Below, one piece after another: positions 10,714 through 21,063 of a stretch of DNA of 64,000 nucleotides. A program made the position numbers and the translations under genes. The notes beneath the pieces were generated by a model, which worked only from the letters and a program-made list of their open reading frames with translations, was not told the DNA's origin and made no database searches. Numbering within the stretch: the first letter of the stretch is position 1; each line of letters begins with the position of its first letter. Source of the stretch: an uncultured delta proteobacterium. Its GTDB lineage: Bacteria; Desulfobacterota; RBG-13-43-22. The DNA is taken from NCBI GenBank assembly GCA_963802945.1, contig CAWDKY010000015.1, positions 320,001 through 384,000 of the forward strand. Reading direction: 5' to 3'.

Positions 10714-11880
10714 TCAGGCGTAAAGTAAATATTTTTGCCGTAGTTCTAAAAAGTCGTTCAATCCAACCATCCAAGAGGCCTCCAGTTCTTTAGTAGACTT
10801 TCCGACCTCCAGGGCCTGCCGGAGTTCCTGATCACCAATCAATAAATCAATGGGCAATCGCCTGGTTTCATATTCATAGGGAGGGGGTTTCCATTGAAAG
10901 GCATCTTTATTAAGGGCACGGACGGCTTGGAGCAACGTTAACGAGGTTAAATAGGGTTTAAACACCTGCCGATCAAACACCCACAAAAAAAATCCCCGGC
11001 ATTCCTGGCCCTGCCATTTTTGAAAGGTGGGGCGAAAGGCCATCTCGATCAACCGAACTCCCGGTAAAGAAACATCTTTAAGATACTCTTTGATTTCCTT
11101 GGGGTTGATAAAAGGGGCCCCGAAGACCTCAAAGGGGCGGGTAGTGCCCCGGCCTTCGGAGATATTGGTCCCTTCCCAAAGGACCTGGCCGGGGTAGACC
11201 AGGGCCGTTGATAAGGTCGGCATGTTGGGTGAGGGCATAATCCAGGGGCAATCGGTTTGATCAAAATATTGGGATCGCTGCCACCCATTCATGGAAATCA
11301 CCCTAAGCTCGGCCCCGATGTCCAATTCCTGATTAAACATTTGGGCCAATTCACCCATGGTCATGCCGTGGCGCATGGGCAGGGGATAGACCCCGACAAA
11401 GGAAGTCCAGGCTGGTTGAAGCCTATTTCCTTCCACGGCAGTTCCTGTAACCGGATTGGGGCGATCGAGGACTACGACTTCTTTCCCCTGCCTTCGGGCT
11501 TCCTGAAGACAATAGGTCAGGGTGGTGATAAAAGTATAGACCCGGGTCCCCACATCCTGGAGGTCAATCAAAAGAACATCGATGGCCTCCATCATCTGAA
11601 CCGTGGGGCGTCGTGTCTGGCTGTAAAGACTGTAAATGGGCAGTCCCGTGGCCGAATCCAGGCCATCCGGAGATTCAATCATATTGTCCTGTTCGGTGCC
11701 CCAGAATCCGTGCTGGGGGGAAAAAAGACATTGCATATTATTTTGAAATTTACTCCAGAGAAGATCTTTGGTATAAAATCCTATTTTAGAAACCGAGGCT
11801 TGGTTGGACAGCAGACCCCAGCGTTTCTTTTGCATGTCCGCCGGCGGATGAGATAAAAAAGAATCAATCCCAAGGAGCAT
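10714..11880 (-). CDS. DUF1343 / exo-beta-N-acetylmuramidase NamZ family
   Basis: FSPQHGF, YSLY, DLQDVGTRVYTF, LDRPNP, RHGMTMGELA, PSPNMP, SEGRGTTRPFE. Confidence 0.9.
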   Translation of the reverse strand: MLLGIDSFLSHPPADMQKKRWGLLSNQASVSKIGFYTKDLLWSKFQNNMQCLFSPQHGFWGTEQDNMIESPDGLDSATGLPIYSLYSQTRRPTVQMMEAIDVLLIDLQDVGTRVYTFITTLTYCLQEARRQGKEVVVLDRPNPVTGTAVEGNRLQPAWTSFVGVYPLPMRHGMTMGELAQMFNQELDIGAELRVISMNGWQRSQYFDQTDCPWIMPSPNMPTLSTALVYPGQVLWEGTNISEGRGTTRPFEVFGAPFINPKEIKEYLKDVSLPGVRLIEMAFRPTFQKWQGQECRGFFLWVFDRQVFKPYLTSLTLLQAVRALNKDAFQWKPPPYEYETRRLPIDLLIGDQELRQALEVGKSTKELEASWMVGLNDFLELRQKYLLYA

Positions 11881-12085
11881 GATACAAATCCTTCATGCAA
11901 AAACCGTTCGGCGATCAGTGTTCAGTGTTCGTCGAAGAATGACTAATGATCTTTTCGTACTCAAAATCGAATGTCGAAGGAGAAAAATTTCTTAATTCCA
12001 TCTTCTTAGCCCAATATTCATCATGCTATTTTCATGCTGACTGATTATAAGAAGATAAGCATAAAAGTCAAGGAAAGCCGACTTC

Positions 12086-12358
12086 ATGAAAAAAATCCTT
12101 CTCGTGACCATCGCCCTACTGGTTCTCCAGACGACCATTTTATTGGTTGAGGCCGCAGAAGGCAGCCTTTCCCGTCTTTCAACAGAAAAAAGCAAGTTCA
12201 TGACCTGGGGCTGGCCATCGAACATGGTTGATATCGGCCTTGGATATCTTTTTCCCATGAGTACTTGTTCCTGGGAGATCAGCTTTCCGGATCAATACGG
12301 CCGAAACAGATCGGCCTTTTTTTACAAATCATTTGGAGGTTTTGAAAATGTCTCTTAA
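12086..12358 (+). CDS. Hypothetical small exported protein
   Basis: Signal-peptide-like MKKILLVTIALLVLQ...AEG; no recognised domain. Confidence 0.35.
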   Translation: MKKILLVTIALLVLQTTILLVEAAEGSLSRLSTEKSKFMTWGWPSNMVDIGLGYLFPMSTCSWEISFPDQYGRNRSAFFYKSFGGFENVS

Positions 12359-13112
12359 ACCCTATCAGCAGGAATTCGCCCGTTTTTTAGCGGAAACAGG
12401 TAGTCTTTTTTTTAGAAAGGGCTTGGTTCTAAAAGATGGCCGCCCCAGTCCCTATTTTGTCAATATGGGACGCCTGTGCACCGGCAAACTGAGTTTTTCC
12501 CTCGGCTCTTTTTTTGTCCGCCGTCTCCTGGAGTTGAAACGATTATCGGAAGTGGATATCATTTTAGGACCTTCCTATAAAGGCAGTGCCATTGCCCAGG
12601 CCATGACTATAAACTTTTGGACCGAGCACCGGAAAGAATTATTTTTTGAATATGATCGAAAAGAAATCAAGAATTACGGCGAATCCTCCGGGCAAAAAAA
12701 CCTGATGGTCAATAATAGTTTTTTCGATGGCTGCGGTCTCTGGATCGTGGATGATGTTGGCACTTCTATGGCTACCAAATATGATCTCCTGGAGAAGATC
12801 GTTCTGGAAGGGGAGCAGAAAAAGATCTCGGTTCGTATTGTAGGGTTATGCCTGGGTATCGACCGCCAACAAACCATGCCTTGTTATGATTCGGCGGGAC
12901 AGATCATCCTCGGGAAAAAGGGGGAAGATGCTTTAAAACAATTTACCGAAACGACCGGGGTGGCGGTTTATTCGATAGCCCCTATCTCCGAGGTAATCGA
13001 TTATCTTTTCAGAGAGCAGGTTCCGGTTCAAGTCGAGGGCGCCTGGCAGCCGATCTCCGAAACCCTTAAAAAGGTGTTTGATGATTATCTTAAAGAATAC
13101 GGGGCCATTTAA
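12348..13112 (+). CDS. pyrE: Orotate phosphoribosyltransferase
   Basis: LKDGRPSPYFVN, GPSYKG, DRKEIKNYGE, PRPP-binding IVDDVGTS. Confidence 0.85.
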   Translation: MSLKPYQQEFARFLAETGSLFFRKGLVLKDGRPSPYFVNMGRLCTGKLSFSLGSFFVRRLLELKRLSEVDIILGPSYKGSAIAQAMTINFWTEHRKELFFEYDRKEIKNYGESSGQKNLMVNNSFFDGCGLWIVDDVGTSMATKYDLLEKIVLEGEQKKISVRIVGLCLGIDRQQTMPCYDSAGQIILGKKGEDALKQFTETTGVAVYSIAPISEVIDYLFREQVPVQVEGAWQPISETLKKVFDDYLKEYGAI

Positions 13113-13164
13113 TCTGAATAAGCAGGAAATATCAGTAGGACAGGATTTATGGAATTTAAAAGAG

Positions 13165-13728
13165 ATGAAAAAAGAAAAAATCAGACAATTACTCCATAAT
13201 AAAGGAAAGCCGATAACCGATCGCCCTGACCTTAAACTGGCCGCTGTTCTGGTTCCTTTATTTCAGAAAAACCGGAAAACCCATATCCTTTTGACTAAAC
13301 GAACGGACCGGGTGGAACATCATAAAGGACAGGTCTCTTTTCCAGGAGGGGCCTTTCGTTATGAAGACCTGGATCTTCTGACTACGGCCTTACGGGAGAC
13401 CGAGGAAGAGGTCGGGGTCGAAAGGGACTCGGTCGAGATTTTAGGGGAATTGGACCATGTGGTTACTCTCTCCAATTTCCGCATCTGCCCTTATGTAGGG
13501 GTCATTCCCTATTCGTATCCTTTTAAACTGAGTGCCTTCGAAGTGGAACGTCTGATCGAACTTCCGCTGAAATATCTCTTGGAAGAGGCCGAATTTAAGG
13601 AGGCCCTCTTTACCTACGAAGGGCGATCTAACATCAACCTTCATATCGATTTTCAGGGAGAAATCATCTGGGGAGCCACCGCCAGGATCTTGAAAAATTT
13701 TATGGACATCCTGCTCAAATCATCCTGA
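13165..13728 (+). CDS. CoA pyrophosphatase (Nudix, NudL/PCD1-like)
   Basis: AAVLVP, LLTKR..HKGQVSFPGG, ALRETEEEVG Nudix box, IWGATA. Confidence 0.9.
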   Translation: MKKEKIRQLLHNKGKPITDRPDLKLAAVLVPLFQKNRKTHILLTKRTDRVEHHKGQVSFPGGAFRYEDLDLLTTALRETEEEVGVERDSVEILGELDHVVTLSNFRICPYVGVIPYSYPFKLSAFEVERLIELPLKYLLEEAEFKEALFTYEGRSNINLHIDFQGEIIWGATARILKNFMDILLKSS

Positions 13729-13750
13729 AATTTTTACTTACTCAAACCTC

Positions 13751-13779
13751 TTTACAATTATTTTTCCCGATGGTATATC
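13751..13779 (+). promoter_or_regulatory. Sigma70-type promoter of tRNA-Pro
   Basis: TTTACA-17 nt-TATATC with TG extension, 8 nt before the tRNA. Confidence 0.6.
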
Positions 13780-13787
13780 TTAATAGT

Positions 13788-13864
13788 CGGGACGTGGCTC
13801 AGTCTGGTAGAGCACAGCGTTCGGGACGCTGGGGTCGCTGGTTCAAATCCAGTCGTCCCGACCA
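13788..13864 (+). tRNA. tRNA-Pro (anticodon CGG)
   Basis: Acceptor stem CGGGACG/CGTCCCG, D-loop CTGGTAGA, anticodon arm CAGCG-TTCGGGA-CGCTG, GGTTCAAATCC T-arm, encoded CCA. Confidence 0.97.
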
Positions 13865-14313
13865 TTCTCCGCCCTTATTGATCATCAAAACAATCTCTGG
13901 CCGGTGTTGGACAAGCGGTTGGCTTATGAGCGGGTGGCCAGGCACGGCCAGATGGCGGAAATGGGAACCGGCCGTTTCTGAATATTCCCTTGCCTCTTTG
14001 ATCGTCAAAGAGCTTCTTTTTTTTCTGTTTTTCTCCTTGACTTTCATTTCATCCCTATTTTATATTCTTAACATCAATAAAAGATCCTACGTCTTGGTTC
14101 CGGAAAAGCCAAAGGACCGAAACGTTTATCCACAAGGGAAGAAAGGAGGAAGAAGATCTCTCTATCACCTCGTCCTTGGTCGTTCTAAAGTGACCTGCCA
14201 AAAAAGAGGTAATCCTGCTAAAGCATTTCGATCCCAACGGTAGCTTAATAGGAACAAGACATCATGTTAAAATGGGTTTTTAAGGTGTAATTGAAAAACA
14301 AGAGGAGGAATCT

Positions 14314-15519
14314 ATGGATTTTAAATTAACCGAGGAACAGTTGGCGCTGAAAAAAACGTATGACGATTTTTTCAGAGAGGAAATGAAAAAGGCTCCTCCA
14401 AGCGTTATCAAGGGCGGCTTGGAAGGTTCATACTCGGACGACGGCTTTGAGTTCAGCAGATATATAAGAAAAAAGCTGGTTGAAAAAGGCTGGTATGTCC
14501 AACATTGGCCGAAGGAATACGGCGGCCGGTCTGCGCCTCTCATTGAACAGTTGATCTTTAATGAATCGATGGGCTATTTCGGCGTGCCCGGAATCGACGG
14601 CTTTGGAGTGGGGATGTTCGGCCCGACCATTCTTCTTCATGGTACCGAAGAGCAGAAAAAAAGAATTCTTCTTCCCATTGCCCGCGGTGAGGTTCAGTAT
14701 TCCCAGGGGTGGAGTGAACCGAATGCCGGTTCCGATCTGGCTTCACTCAAAATGACGGCTATTAAAGACGGGGAATATTACATCGTCAACGGACAAAAAA
14801 CATGGTCAACCGGGGCACACAAGGCCGATCATATGTTTCTGCTGGCCCGGACCAATCCGGCCGAAAAGCGTGGCCGGGGCTTATCGGTTTTTAATTGTGA
14901 TTTTGCCTGGCCGGGTATTGAAGTCAGGCCCATCAAATATATGGACGGTGCCCATATTTATAACGAGGTCTGGTTTACCGATGTGAAGATCCATGAATCC
15001 GAGCGGATCGGGGCGGAGAATCAGGGCTGGGGCATTACCCGGGACACCATGAACTTTGAAAGATCGGGCATAGGAACTTTTTCCCGGGTCAGAAGACATT
15101 TGGAACAAGTTGTCGAATATGTCAAAACAACCAAACGGAACGGCAAATATCTCTATGAAGATCCCCTCGTTCGTCAAAAAATAGGAAGGATTTATGCCGA
15201 TATGGAGGCCGGACGGGCCCAGGCCTATCGGATCGCCTGGCTGCAGGAAAAGGGGAACCTGCGTTTTTCACCGGCCGCTGCCTCTGAATCGAAAGTATTC
15301 GGCACGGAATTAACCCAGCGCGTGGCTGATTTTACATTGGAAATCATCGGATTGCCTGGGAATCTGGAGGGTTCGAGTTGGGCGCCCTTACATGGCAGCA
15401 TGATCACCATGTATCAGTCGATTATCGGCAGCATTATCTGCGCGGGTTCAAATGAAATTCAACGAAATATTATTGCCTGGGTCGGCTGCGGTCTGCCAAG
15501 GTTAAAAGGACAAGGATAA
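14314..15519 (+). CDS. Acyl-CoA dehydrogenase (catalytic-type subunit)
   Basis: WPKEYGG, QGWSEPNAGSDLAS, VNGQKTWS, NEVWFTDV, MNFERS, GSNEIQRNII. Confidence 0.92.
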   Translation: MDFKLTEEQLALKKTYDDFFREEMKKAPPSVIKGGLEGSYSDDGFEFSRYIRKKLVEKGWYVQHWPKEYGGRSAPLIEQLIFNESMGYFGVPGIDGFGVGMFGPTILLHGTEEQKKRILLPIARGEVQYSQGWSEPNAGSDLASLKMTAIKDGEYYIVNGQKTWSTGAHKADHMFLLARTNPAEKRGRGLSVFNCDFAWPGIEVRPIKYMDGAHIYNEVWFTDVKIHESERIGAENQGWGITRDTMNFERSGIGTFSRVRRHLEQVVEYVKTTKRNGKYLYEDPLVRQKIGRIYADMEAGRAQAYRIAWLQEKGNLRFSPAAASESKVFGTELTQRVADFTLEIIGLPGNLEGSSWAPLHGSMITMYQSIIGSIICAGSNEIQRNIIAWVGCGLPRLKGQG

Positions 15520-15532
15520 GGGGGTATAGATT

Positions 15533-16669
15533 ATGGATCTTGATTTCACTTCAGAACAAACAATGCTCAGAGACTCCGCAGCCAAATTTTTTGTTAACGA
15601 ATGTAATTTTGAAAAGGTTAAACATATCGAAGAGACCAAAGAAGGGTACTCTCCGGAATTGTGGCAGAAGGTAGCCGAACTGGGTTGGACGGGTATGTAC
15701 TTCCCTGAAGAATATGGCGGGTATGGCGGGACGTTCATGGATATGACCATTATCCAGGAGGAAATCGGCAAAGCTGTTTTCCCCAGCCCCTTTTTTTCTA
15801 CCGTTATTCAGTGTGGGCTGCTGGTATTGGAAGGCGGTACCAAGGAGCAAAAAGAGGATCTTTTGGGCCGCATTGCCGAGGGTAGTCTGATCATGTCTTT
15901 GGCCCAATATGAGCCGGAAACCGATTTCAGTTATGAGAGTATCCAGATGACTGCGGAACCCAAAGGGAATGACTATATCTTGAATGGGACCAAATTATTC
16001 GCTATGGATGCTAATATCGCCCAAAAGCTCATCGTAGCGGCCAAGGCGGGAAGCGCGGGCTTAAGTCTATTTCTCGTTGACGCCAAGGCTCCGGGGGTAA
16101 AAATAACCAAACTACCCTATGTGTCATCGGAAAATGCCTGTGAGGTCATTTTTAAGGATGTCAAGGTGGCCAAAGCGGACATGCTCGGGGCACCGGGTCA
16201 AGGAGCGACGCTGCTGGAGAAGATGTATGCCAAAGCGACGGTGGCCAAGGCGGCCGAGATGTCCGGGGGCTGCAAGGCTTCCATCGATATGACCGCCAAA
16301 TATGCCAGGGAAAGGGAACAGTACGGCAATCCCATCGGCGGCTATCAGGCCATCCAGCATTTCATGGCCAATATGCTGCTGGCCTCTGATACCTGTAATA
16401 ATTACCTGTATCGGGTTGCCTGTATGGTTGATGAAGGAGATGACTTCAGCCGAGATGCCTCTGCTCTGAAAGCTGTGGCCAATGAGGCTTACCGCTTTGT
16501 AACGGAAAGAGCCGTCAAGATATTTGGAGCCATTGGAACCACCAGAGAGGGCGACATCGCTCTATACTATCGAAGAGCCCATCCCTTCTCCATGATATGC
16601 GGAAGTACTTCTTACCATTATGAAAATGTTGCTCAAAAACTCCTAAAAGAAGGCATGGGGGCTTTTTAA
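15533..16669 (+). CDS. Acyl-CoA dehydrogenase (partner-type subunit)
   Basis: FPEEYGG, LNGTKLF, YAREREQYGNPIGGYQAIQH; lacks the EPxAGSD motif. Confidence 0.88.
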   Translation: MDLDFTSEQTMLRDSAAKFFVNECNFEKVKHIEETKEGYSPELWQKVAELGWTGMYFPEEYGGYGGTFMDMTIIQEEIGKAVFPSPFFSTVIQCGLLVLEGGTKEQKEDLLGRIAEGSLIMSLAQYEPETDFSYESIQMTAEPKGNDYILNGTKLFAMDANIAQKLIVAAKAGSAGLSLFLVDAKAPGVKITKLPYVSSENACEVIFKDVKVAKADMLGAPGQGATLLEKMYAKATVAKAAEMSGGCKASIDMTAKYAREREQYGNPIGGYQAIQHFMANMLLASDTCNNYLYRVACMVDEGDDFSRDASALKAVANEAYRFVTERAVKIFGAIGTTREGDIALYYRRAHPFSMICGSTSYHYENVAQKLLKEGMGAF

Positions 16670-16898
16670 GGCCCTTTTTACCCGTTCCCGGTATCTCTTT
16701 GGATATCCGGGAACGGGAAGAACTTTCAAAGTATCTTTCCCTCAGTTTTCGTTCTAAGTCATCATGCACCGTTAGGTCGCCACTAAATATGAAAATTATT
16801 CTAAGGATTCAATGGGAAGGCCTGGAAGCTAAAACCCTTGAACCCTCGAATCCTGGAATCCTCAAACCCTACCTTTGTTTTAAAGTGAAAAACCTGAC

Positions 16899-17939
16899 AT
16901 GACCGAATTTTCCATACTTGATCAGATAGCCAAAATTCGTGAATTCGAAAAAGGTCATCGGGCCACCCAGGTTATTAATACCGGTTTCAGGTGTGGAATA
17001 CTGGGTGCCCTGGCCGAATTCCCTGAAGGCCTCACAGTTAATGAACTGTCCTTAAAATTAATGCTCTATGCGCCCTTTTTAAAGATCTGGTGCCAAACCG
17101 CCTATCATTTTGAAATCCTTGACTGTGATGAACAGGGCCGATTTCGATTGCAGCCTTTTCTTGAAGAGGTTTTGGGCCTCAACATGGCCTATCAGAATTA
17201 TCCGGCCAGGGCGGAGAACAATATGGGTGGAGTTCAGCCAATAGGTGCAGACGACCCGCTTTGGGAATATATTCGAACCGGAAGATCAGCCTATTCACTC
17301 GAATCAAAAGGTGCCTCCTTGGCAGCCTGCCGGGCAACTCAGAGTATGCCTACGATTTTTATGTCCATGGTTTTTCCGGAAAAGGATCATCTCAAAAAGA
17401 AGCTGGAGGAGGGTTGCCGATATTTAGATATCGGCTGCGGGAGCGGCAGTTTGATTATTGAATTCGCTCAGATTTTCAAAAGAAGTTCCTTCGTCGGGAT
17501 TGATCCTGATCCCTACGGAATTGAAACCGCCGGGCAATCGATTTCCAAATTCGGGTTGGGTGATAGGGTAAGTGTGGAAAATTTGGGCGGTGAGGAAATC
17601 AATTTTAATGAAGCATTCGAGATGTCCGGTATGGTCCTGACCCTCCATGAAATTCTGCCGGAAGTCCGTCAGGAGGCTATGACCAAAAGTTTTCGGGCCT
17701 TGAAGAAAGACGGACAGCTTTTAATTCTCGACTATCCTTATCCGAGCCGCTTGGAGGATTTCCGAAATCCAAGATATGAGTATGGGATTGTCGAACAGTA
17801 TTTCGAAGCCGTGAGTGGTATCGTCCATATCCCCCAAGAAGAACAGGATGAACTGCTTTACCAAGCCGGCTTCAAAACCATCGAACGTATGCCCGTTGGT
17901 GACGGCGGCATGCTGGATTTTATTACAGCAGAGAAATGA
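16899..17939 (+). CDS. Class I SAM-dependent methyltransferase with N-terminal HTH-like region
   Basis: YLDIGCGSG motif I, FVGIDPD, LTLHEI. Confidence 0.85.
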   Translation: MTEFSILDQIAKIREFEKGHRATQVINTGFRCGILGALAEFPEGLTVNELSLKLMLYAPFLKIWCQTAYHFEILDCDEQGRFRLQPFLEEVLGLNMAYQNYPARAENNMGGVQPIGADDPLWEYIRTGRSAYSLESKGASLAACRATQSMPTIFMSMVFPEKDHLKKKLEEGCRYLDIGCGSGSLIIEFAQIFKRSSFVGIDPDPYGIETAGQSISKFGLGDRVSVENLGGEEINFNEAFEMSGMVLTLHEILPEVRQEAMTKSFRALKKDGQLLILDYPYPSRLEDFRNPRYEYGIVEQYFEAVSGIVHIPQEEQDELLYQAGFKTIERMPVGDGGMLDFITAEK

Positions 17940-17959
17940 AAGGTGATTTTATCCAGGTT

Positions 17960-18499
17960 TTATTGATAACGGATCACAATCCCGCCAAACACACTTGTTC
18001 CTTCAATAACTAAATAATTCTGATTCTCATTGAAATTATTACTTTGATAAGTGGAGATACCAAAAGCGCCAGTCATATTCTCCGGTAATTTTACCCCGCC
18101 AAAAACAGCTTCAGCTTTAATGCGCACCGGCGTCGCTTTACTCAAAATGACCTCCGCCCCACCAAAAACGGCATTGATCTTTATTTTGGTTACTTTTTCT
18201 TTGAGTTCAATCCCTCGTAAATCAACCACTACTTTCCCGAATACGGCATTATACTCTTTTGAGTCTCCGGGAAGGCCTCGGTAAGTCCTCTCTTGAAATA
18301 TCACCTTTCCGGAGTTTCCCTGACAAGAGGGGAAAGAAATCCAACTACCAAAGATGATTTTCAGACCTATAAAAATGAGAATCAATCCGAAAAGAACTTT
18401 AAAAATCGGAATATGGATATGGAAAATAACATTCACAATGATTCCCAAACCTAAAAGAATAATTAAAACTCCTAGGAACAGCCCTATTCCCATTTTCAT
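17960..18499 (-). CDS. LiaF/DUF2154-like membrane protein
   Basis: Two N-terminal TMs followed by repeated (A/S)VFGG beta motifs. Confidence 0.75.
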   Translation of the reverse strand: MKMGIGLFLGVLIILLGLGIIVNVIFHIHIPIFKVLFGLILIFIGLKIIFGSWISFPSCQGNSGKVIFQERTYRGLPGDSKEYNAVFGKVVVDLRGIELKEKVTKIKINAVFGGAEVILSKATPVRIKAEAVFGGVKLPENMTGAFGISTYQSNNFNENQNYLVIEGTSVFGGIVIRYQ

Positions 18500-18539
18500 A
18501 ACCTCCTCCTTATTTTTAATAACGGTTTTCTTTTTTAAT

Positions 18540-18584
18540 GGAAAGAGTATAAAATAAGCTCACTGAGGGATCAAGGAGAAAAAG
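18540..18584 (-). promoter_or_regulatory. Sigma70 promoter with conserved extended flanks
   Basis: Minus strand TTTTTCTCC-TTGATC-17 nt-TATACT-CTTTCC; near copies at 45928-45970, 34999-35036, 52494-52533, 60445-60485, 14028-14066. Confidence 0.7.
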
Positions 18585-18763
18585 CAGGTTCGAGAATAGA
18601 ATTAGTAATCGATGGAGTATTCATTTGGGTGCTGGAGGAGCCATATTGATCAGTCCATTGGCAATTTTTTTATAGGCATTGCGCCCTTGATTGTGGATTA
18701 TAGCGCTGTAAGACGGGATGTTGGTTCTACAACTTATTCCCCCATACAAGGAGGTTAATTAAA

Positions 18764-19546
18764 ATGGAAGTTAAGGATAAAGTAATTGTTGTTACGGGCG
18801 GCGCCAGCGGCATCGGCAGGGCTTTTTGCCGTCGGTTCGCGCAGGAAGGCGCAAAAGGTGTCACCGTGGTTGATATTAACGAAGTAGGCGCTAAGGCCGT
18901 TGCCGATGAAATCAAGGGATTGGCGCTGAAATGTGATGTCAGCAATGAAGATGATATTATCAACGTGGTCAAGCGGACCGAAGAAAAATACGGTCCTGTT
19001 GATCTGTTTTGCTCCAATGCCGGAATATCGGTTAGAGGAGGCCTTGAGCTTTCCAATGAAATCTGGCAAAAAATGTGGGAAGTCCATGTGATGGCCCATG
19101 TATACGCCGCGAGGGCGGTTATTCCCCGAATGGTTGAACGAGGCGGCGGCTATCTTCTTAGTGTCGCCTCCGCAGGTGGCTTGCTGAATACGACCGGATC
19201 CTCTTCCTATGCTACAACCAAACACGCAGCCGTGGGTTTAGCGGAAAATATCGCCATTATGTACGGCGATCAGGGGATCAAAGTTTCAGTGGTCTGTCCA
19301 CAAGCTGTTCGCTCCGGGATGACCCGGGAAGAAGTCAGTGTGGCGGCTCTCGACGGCAGGTTAGAACCGGAGGCGGTCGCCGATTTGGTGATCGAAGCTT
19401 TGGCTGAGGAAAGATTTCTGATTCTGCCCCACCCTGAGGTTAAGACCTATTTGGAAAGAAAGACCTCCGACTACGACCGGTGGCTTGTCGGTATGCGCAG
19501 ACTCCGGTCGAAACACCTCAAAGGAGAGTCTTTAAAGTCCAATTGA
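18764..19546 (+). CDS. Short-chain dehydrogenase/reductase
   Basis: TGGASGIG, SNAG, YATTK catalytic motif. Confidence 0.93.
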   Translation: MEVKDKVIVVTGGASGIGRAFCRRFAQEGAKGVTVVDINEVGAKAVADEIKGLALKCDVSNEDDIINVVKRTEEKYGPVDLFCSNAGISVRGGLELSNEIWQKMWEVHVMAHVYAARAVIPRMVERGGGYLLSVASAGGLLNTTGSSSYATTKHAAVGLAENIAIMYGDQGIKVSVVCPQAVRSGMTREEVSVAALDGRLEPEAVADLVIEALAEERFLILPHPEVKTYLERKTSDYDRWLVGMRRLRSKHLKGESLKSN

Positions 19547-20083
19547 TCCATAGCATTTGATTAATAGCTGCAAAGTTAGTTCGCTTTTGGCGAACCATTT
19601 GGGAACCAAACTCATTCCCAGGAATCTTTAAGAATGAAAACACGCAACAACAGGGATACAGCCGATTGTACCTATCTACCCAAGACAGACGCCAAGCCCA
19701 ACAACTCCTGGCGCACCGTCCACTACAAAGTAATTAATAAGAACTTTGTTTATTGATAGGAGACAAAAAAGGCAAGAAAAATGCAGGGCCAAGGGAATAA
19801 ACAGGGCTGAAGGCAAGGAGACTAAGGGCGTCTTCTTCTCCATTTATGCAGGAATCGAAAGATCTTCTTTTGGCCATTGGTTGCATGCCCTAACAGTTCG
19901 ATGTCTTCGTGGTCTATTCAAACCATAAAATACCAATTCAACTAACTCAACAATGTCCCGGAATACGATTTTTAAGATCAACAGCCCGCCCAGGTGTTCT
20001 GCTTTGGTTTACCGCAATGTGCAAGATTATAGACCTGCTCCCGACCCACTATTCGTTTCTGATGGTATATATACTTATGAAGA

Positions 20084-20699
20084 TTATCGTTTCAATTCTT
20101 TACCCTGAATACGTGCGGAACTGAGAACCTGACGATTAGCAGTAAAAACTTGGATTCCTGGGATAGTAGCGTAATCGCCATCGTCGGTGATGATTTGGAT
20201 GACGCCATGCTTGGCCATTGTTTCAAGGATGAAAAGGTCGTATCCATCTACAAGCTGGGTCTGAAGACGGTTTAAGGCGGCATCCGTTGTCACCTCGTCG
20301 ATCGACATGGGTAATGGTGCAGCCAAGGATTTTACCTGTCCCCAGGAGGCCTGGATTTCTGAAACGATACGTGCGTGATCGGCTGGTAAGTTATGACGAT
20401 ATTCCTTTGTAGGAATGGAACCATTGATTTGCACATAAATTTGGCGTTCAGTCCTCTCGATCAGGTGAGAAAGTTCCGCCAACTGATAGCCCCGACCAAT
20501 AGAGCCGGGCTCCCGATATAAGTGCCTGGTTTACATAGGTCGGGTAATCAGAGAGTTGGTAAGGAATCGCGGACTGACTGGCATTCGGATAAGTCATCCA
20601 GTACCAGACATTGGAATCAACTAGGAAAATGTCAGTGTTTTGTGGAGAATCCTTCTGAATATCGACCACATCTGACTGGATATTATAATTAATTGCCAT
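20084..20699 (-). CDS. PIN-domain ribonuclease, split by a 1-nt insertion near 20483
   Basis: ORFs 20448..20699 and 20084..20482 join to give FLVDSNVW...LSLAELSHLIE...VDGYDLFIL...IITDDGDY, the PIN acidic residue pattern. Confidence 0.8.
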
Positions 20700-21049
20700 T
20701 ATTCCGGTCCCATGGCCTGCTGTTCGAGGATGTCATCCACGATTTTACGATAGTCCCTATCGCCGTGATATTTAGCGGCATTCTCGATCACCCGTTCGAC
20801 GACCAGCTTGCCGGTTTCATTCAGATTCTCGATCTGGAGCAAACGGTGCAGGTCGGACTCCCGCATATCCTTCAACAGTTGCCCGATGGCAAAGTTAAAG
20901 AATGGCGATGCGAACTGAGTTACCCCGTTAAAATCGAGCGTGACCGTCTCACCATTTTTTAGTGGACCGTGTATCTCATCGTAAATCTTCTGCCCGTCTT
21001 CCTTGATGATACAGCGTGGGCCGATCTTGTCCTTGATTGATAGTTTCAT
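20699..21049 (-). CDS. STAS-like (DUF4325-type) protein
   Basis: DGQKIYDEI...VTLDFNGVTQFASPFFNFAIGQL resembles the STAS core; its stop overlaps the PIN start (TAATG). Confidence 0.8.
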   Translation of the reverse strand: MKLSIKDKIGPRCIIKEDGQKIYDEIHGPLKNGETVTLDFNGVTQFASPFFNFAIGQLLKDMRESDLHRLLQIENLNETGKLVVERVIENAAKYHGDRDYRKIVDDILEQQAMGPE

Positions 21050-21063
21050 GATCCTGTTCTCCT

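Noticed and set aside
13770-14243. 157-aa ORF (and antisense ORFs) spanning the tRNA
   Set aside because: It is a translation of the tRNA-Pro gene and intergenic DNA, with no protein motifs.
19690-19900. GCCCAAC (19696) and GCCCTAAC (19887) as attC half-sites downstream of the R-M/PIN operon
   Set aside because: No matching partner boxes or palindromic arms were found; 7-mers alone are expected by chance.
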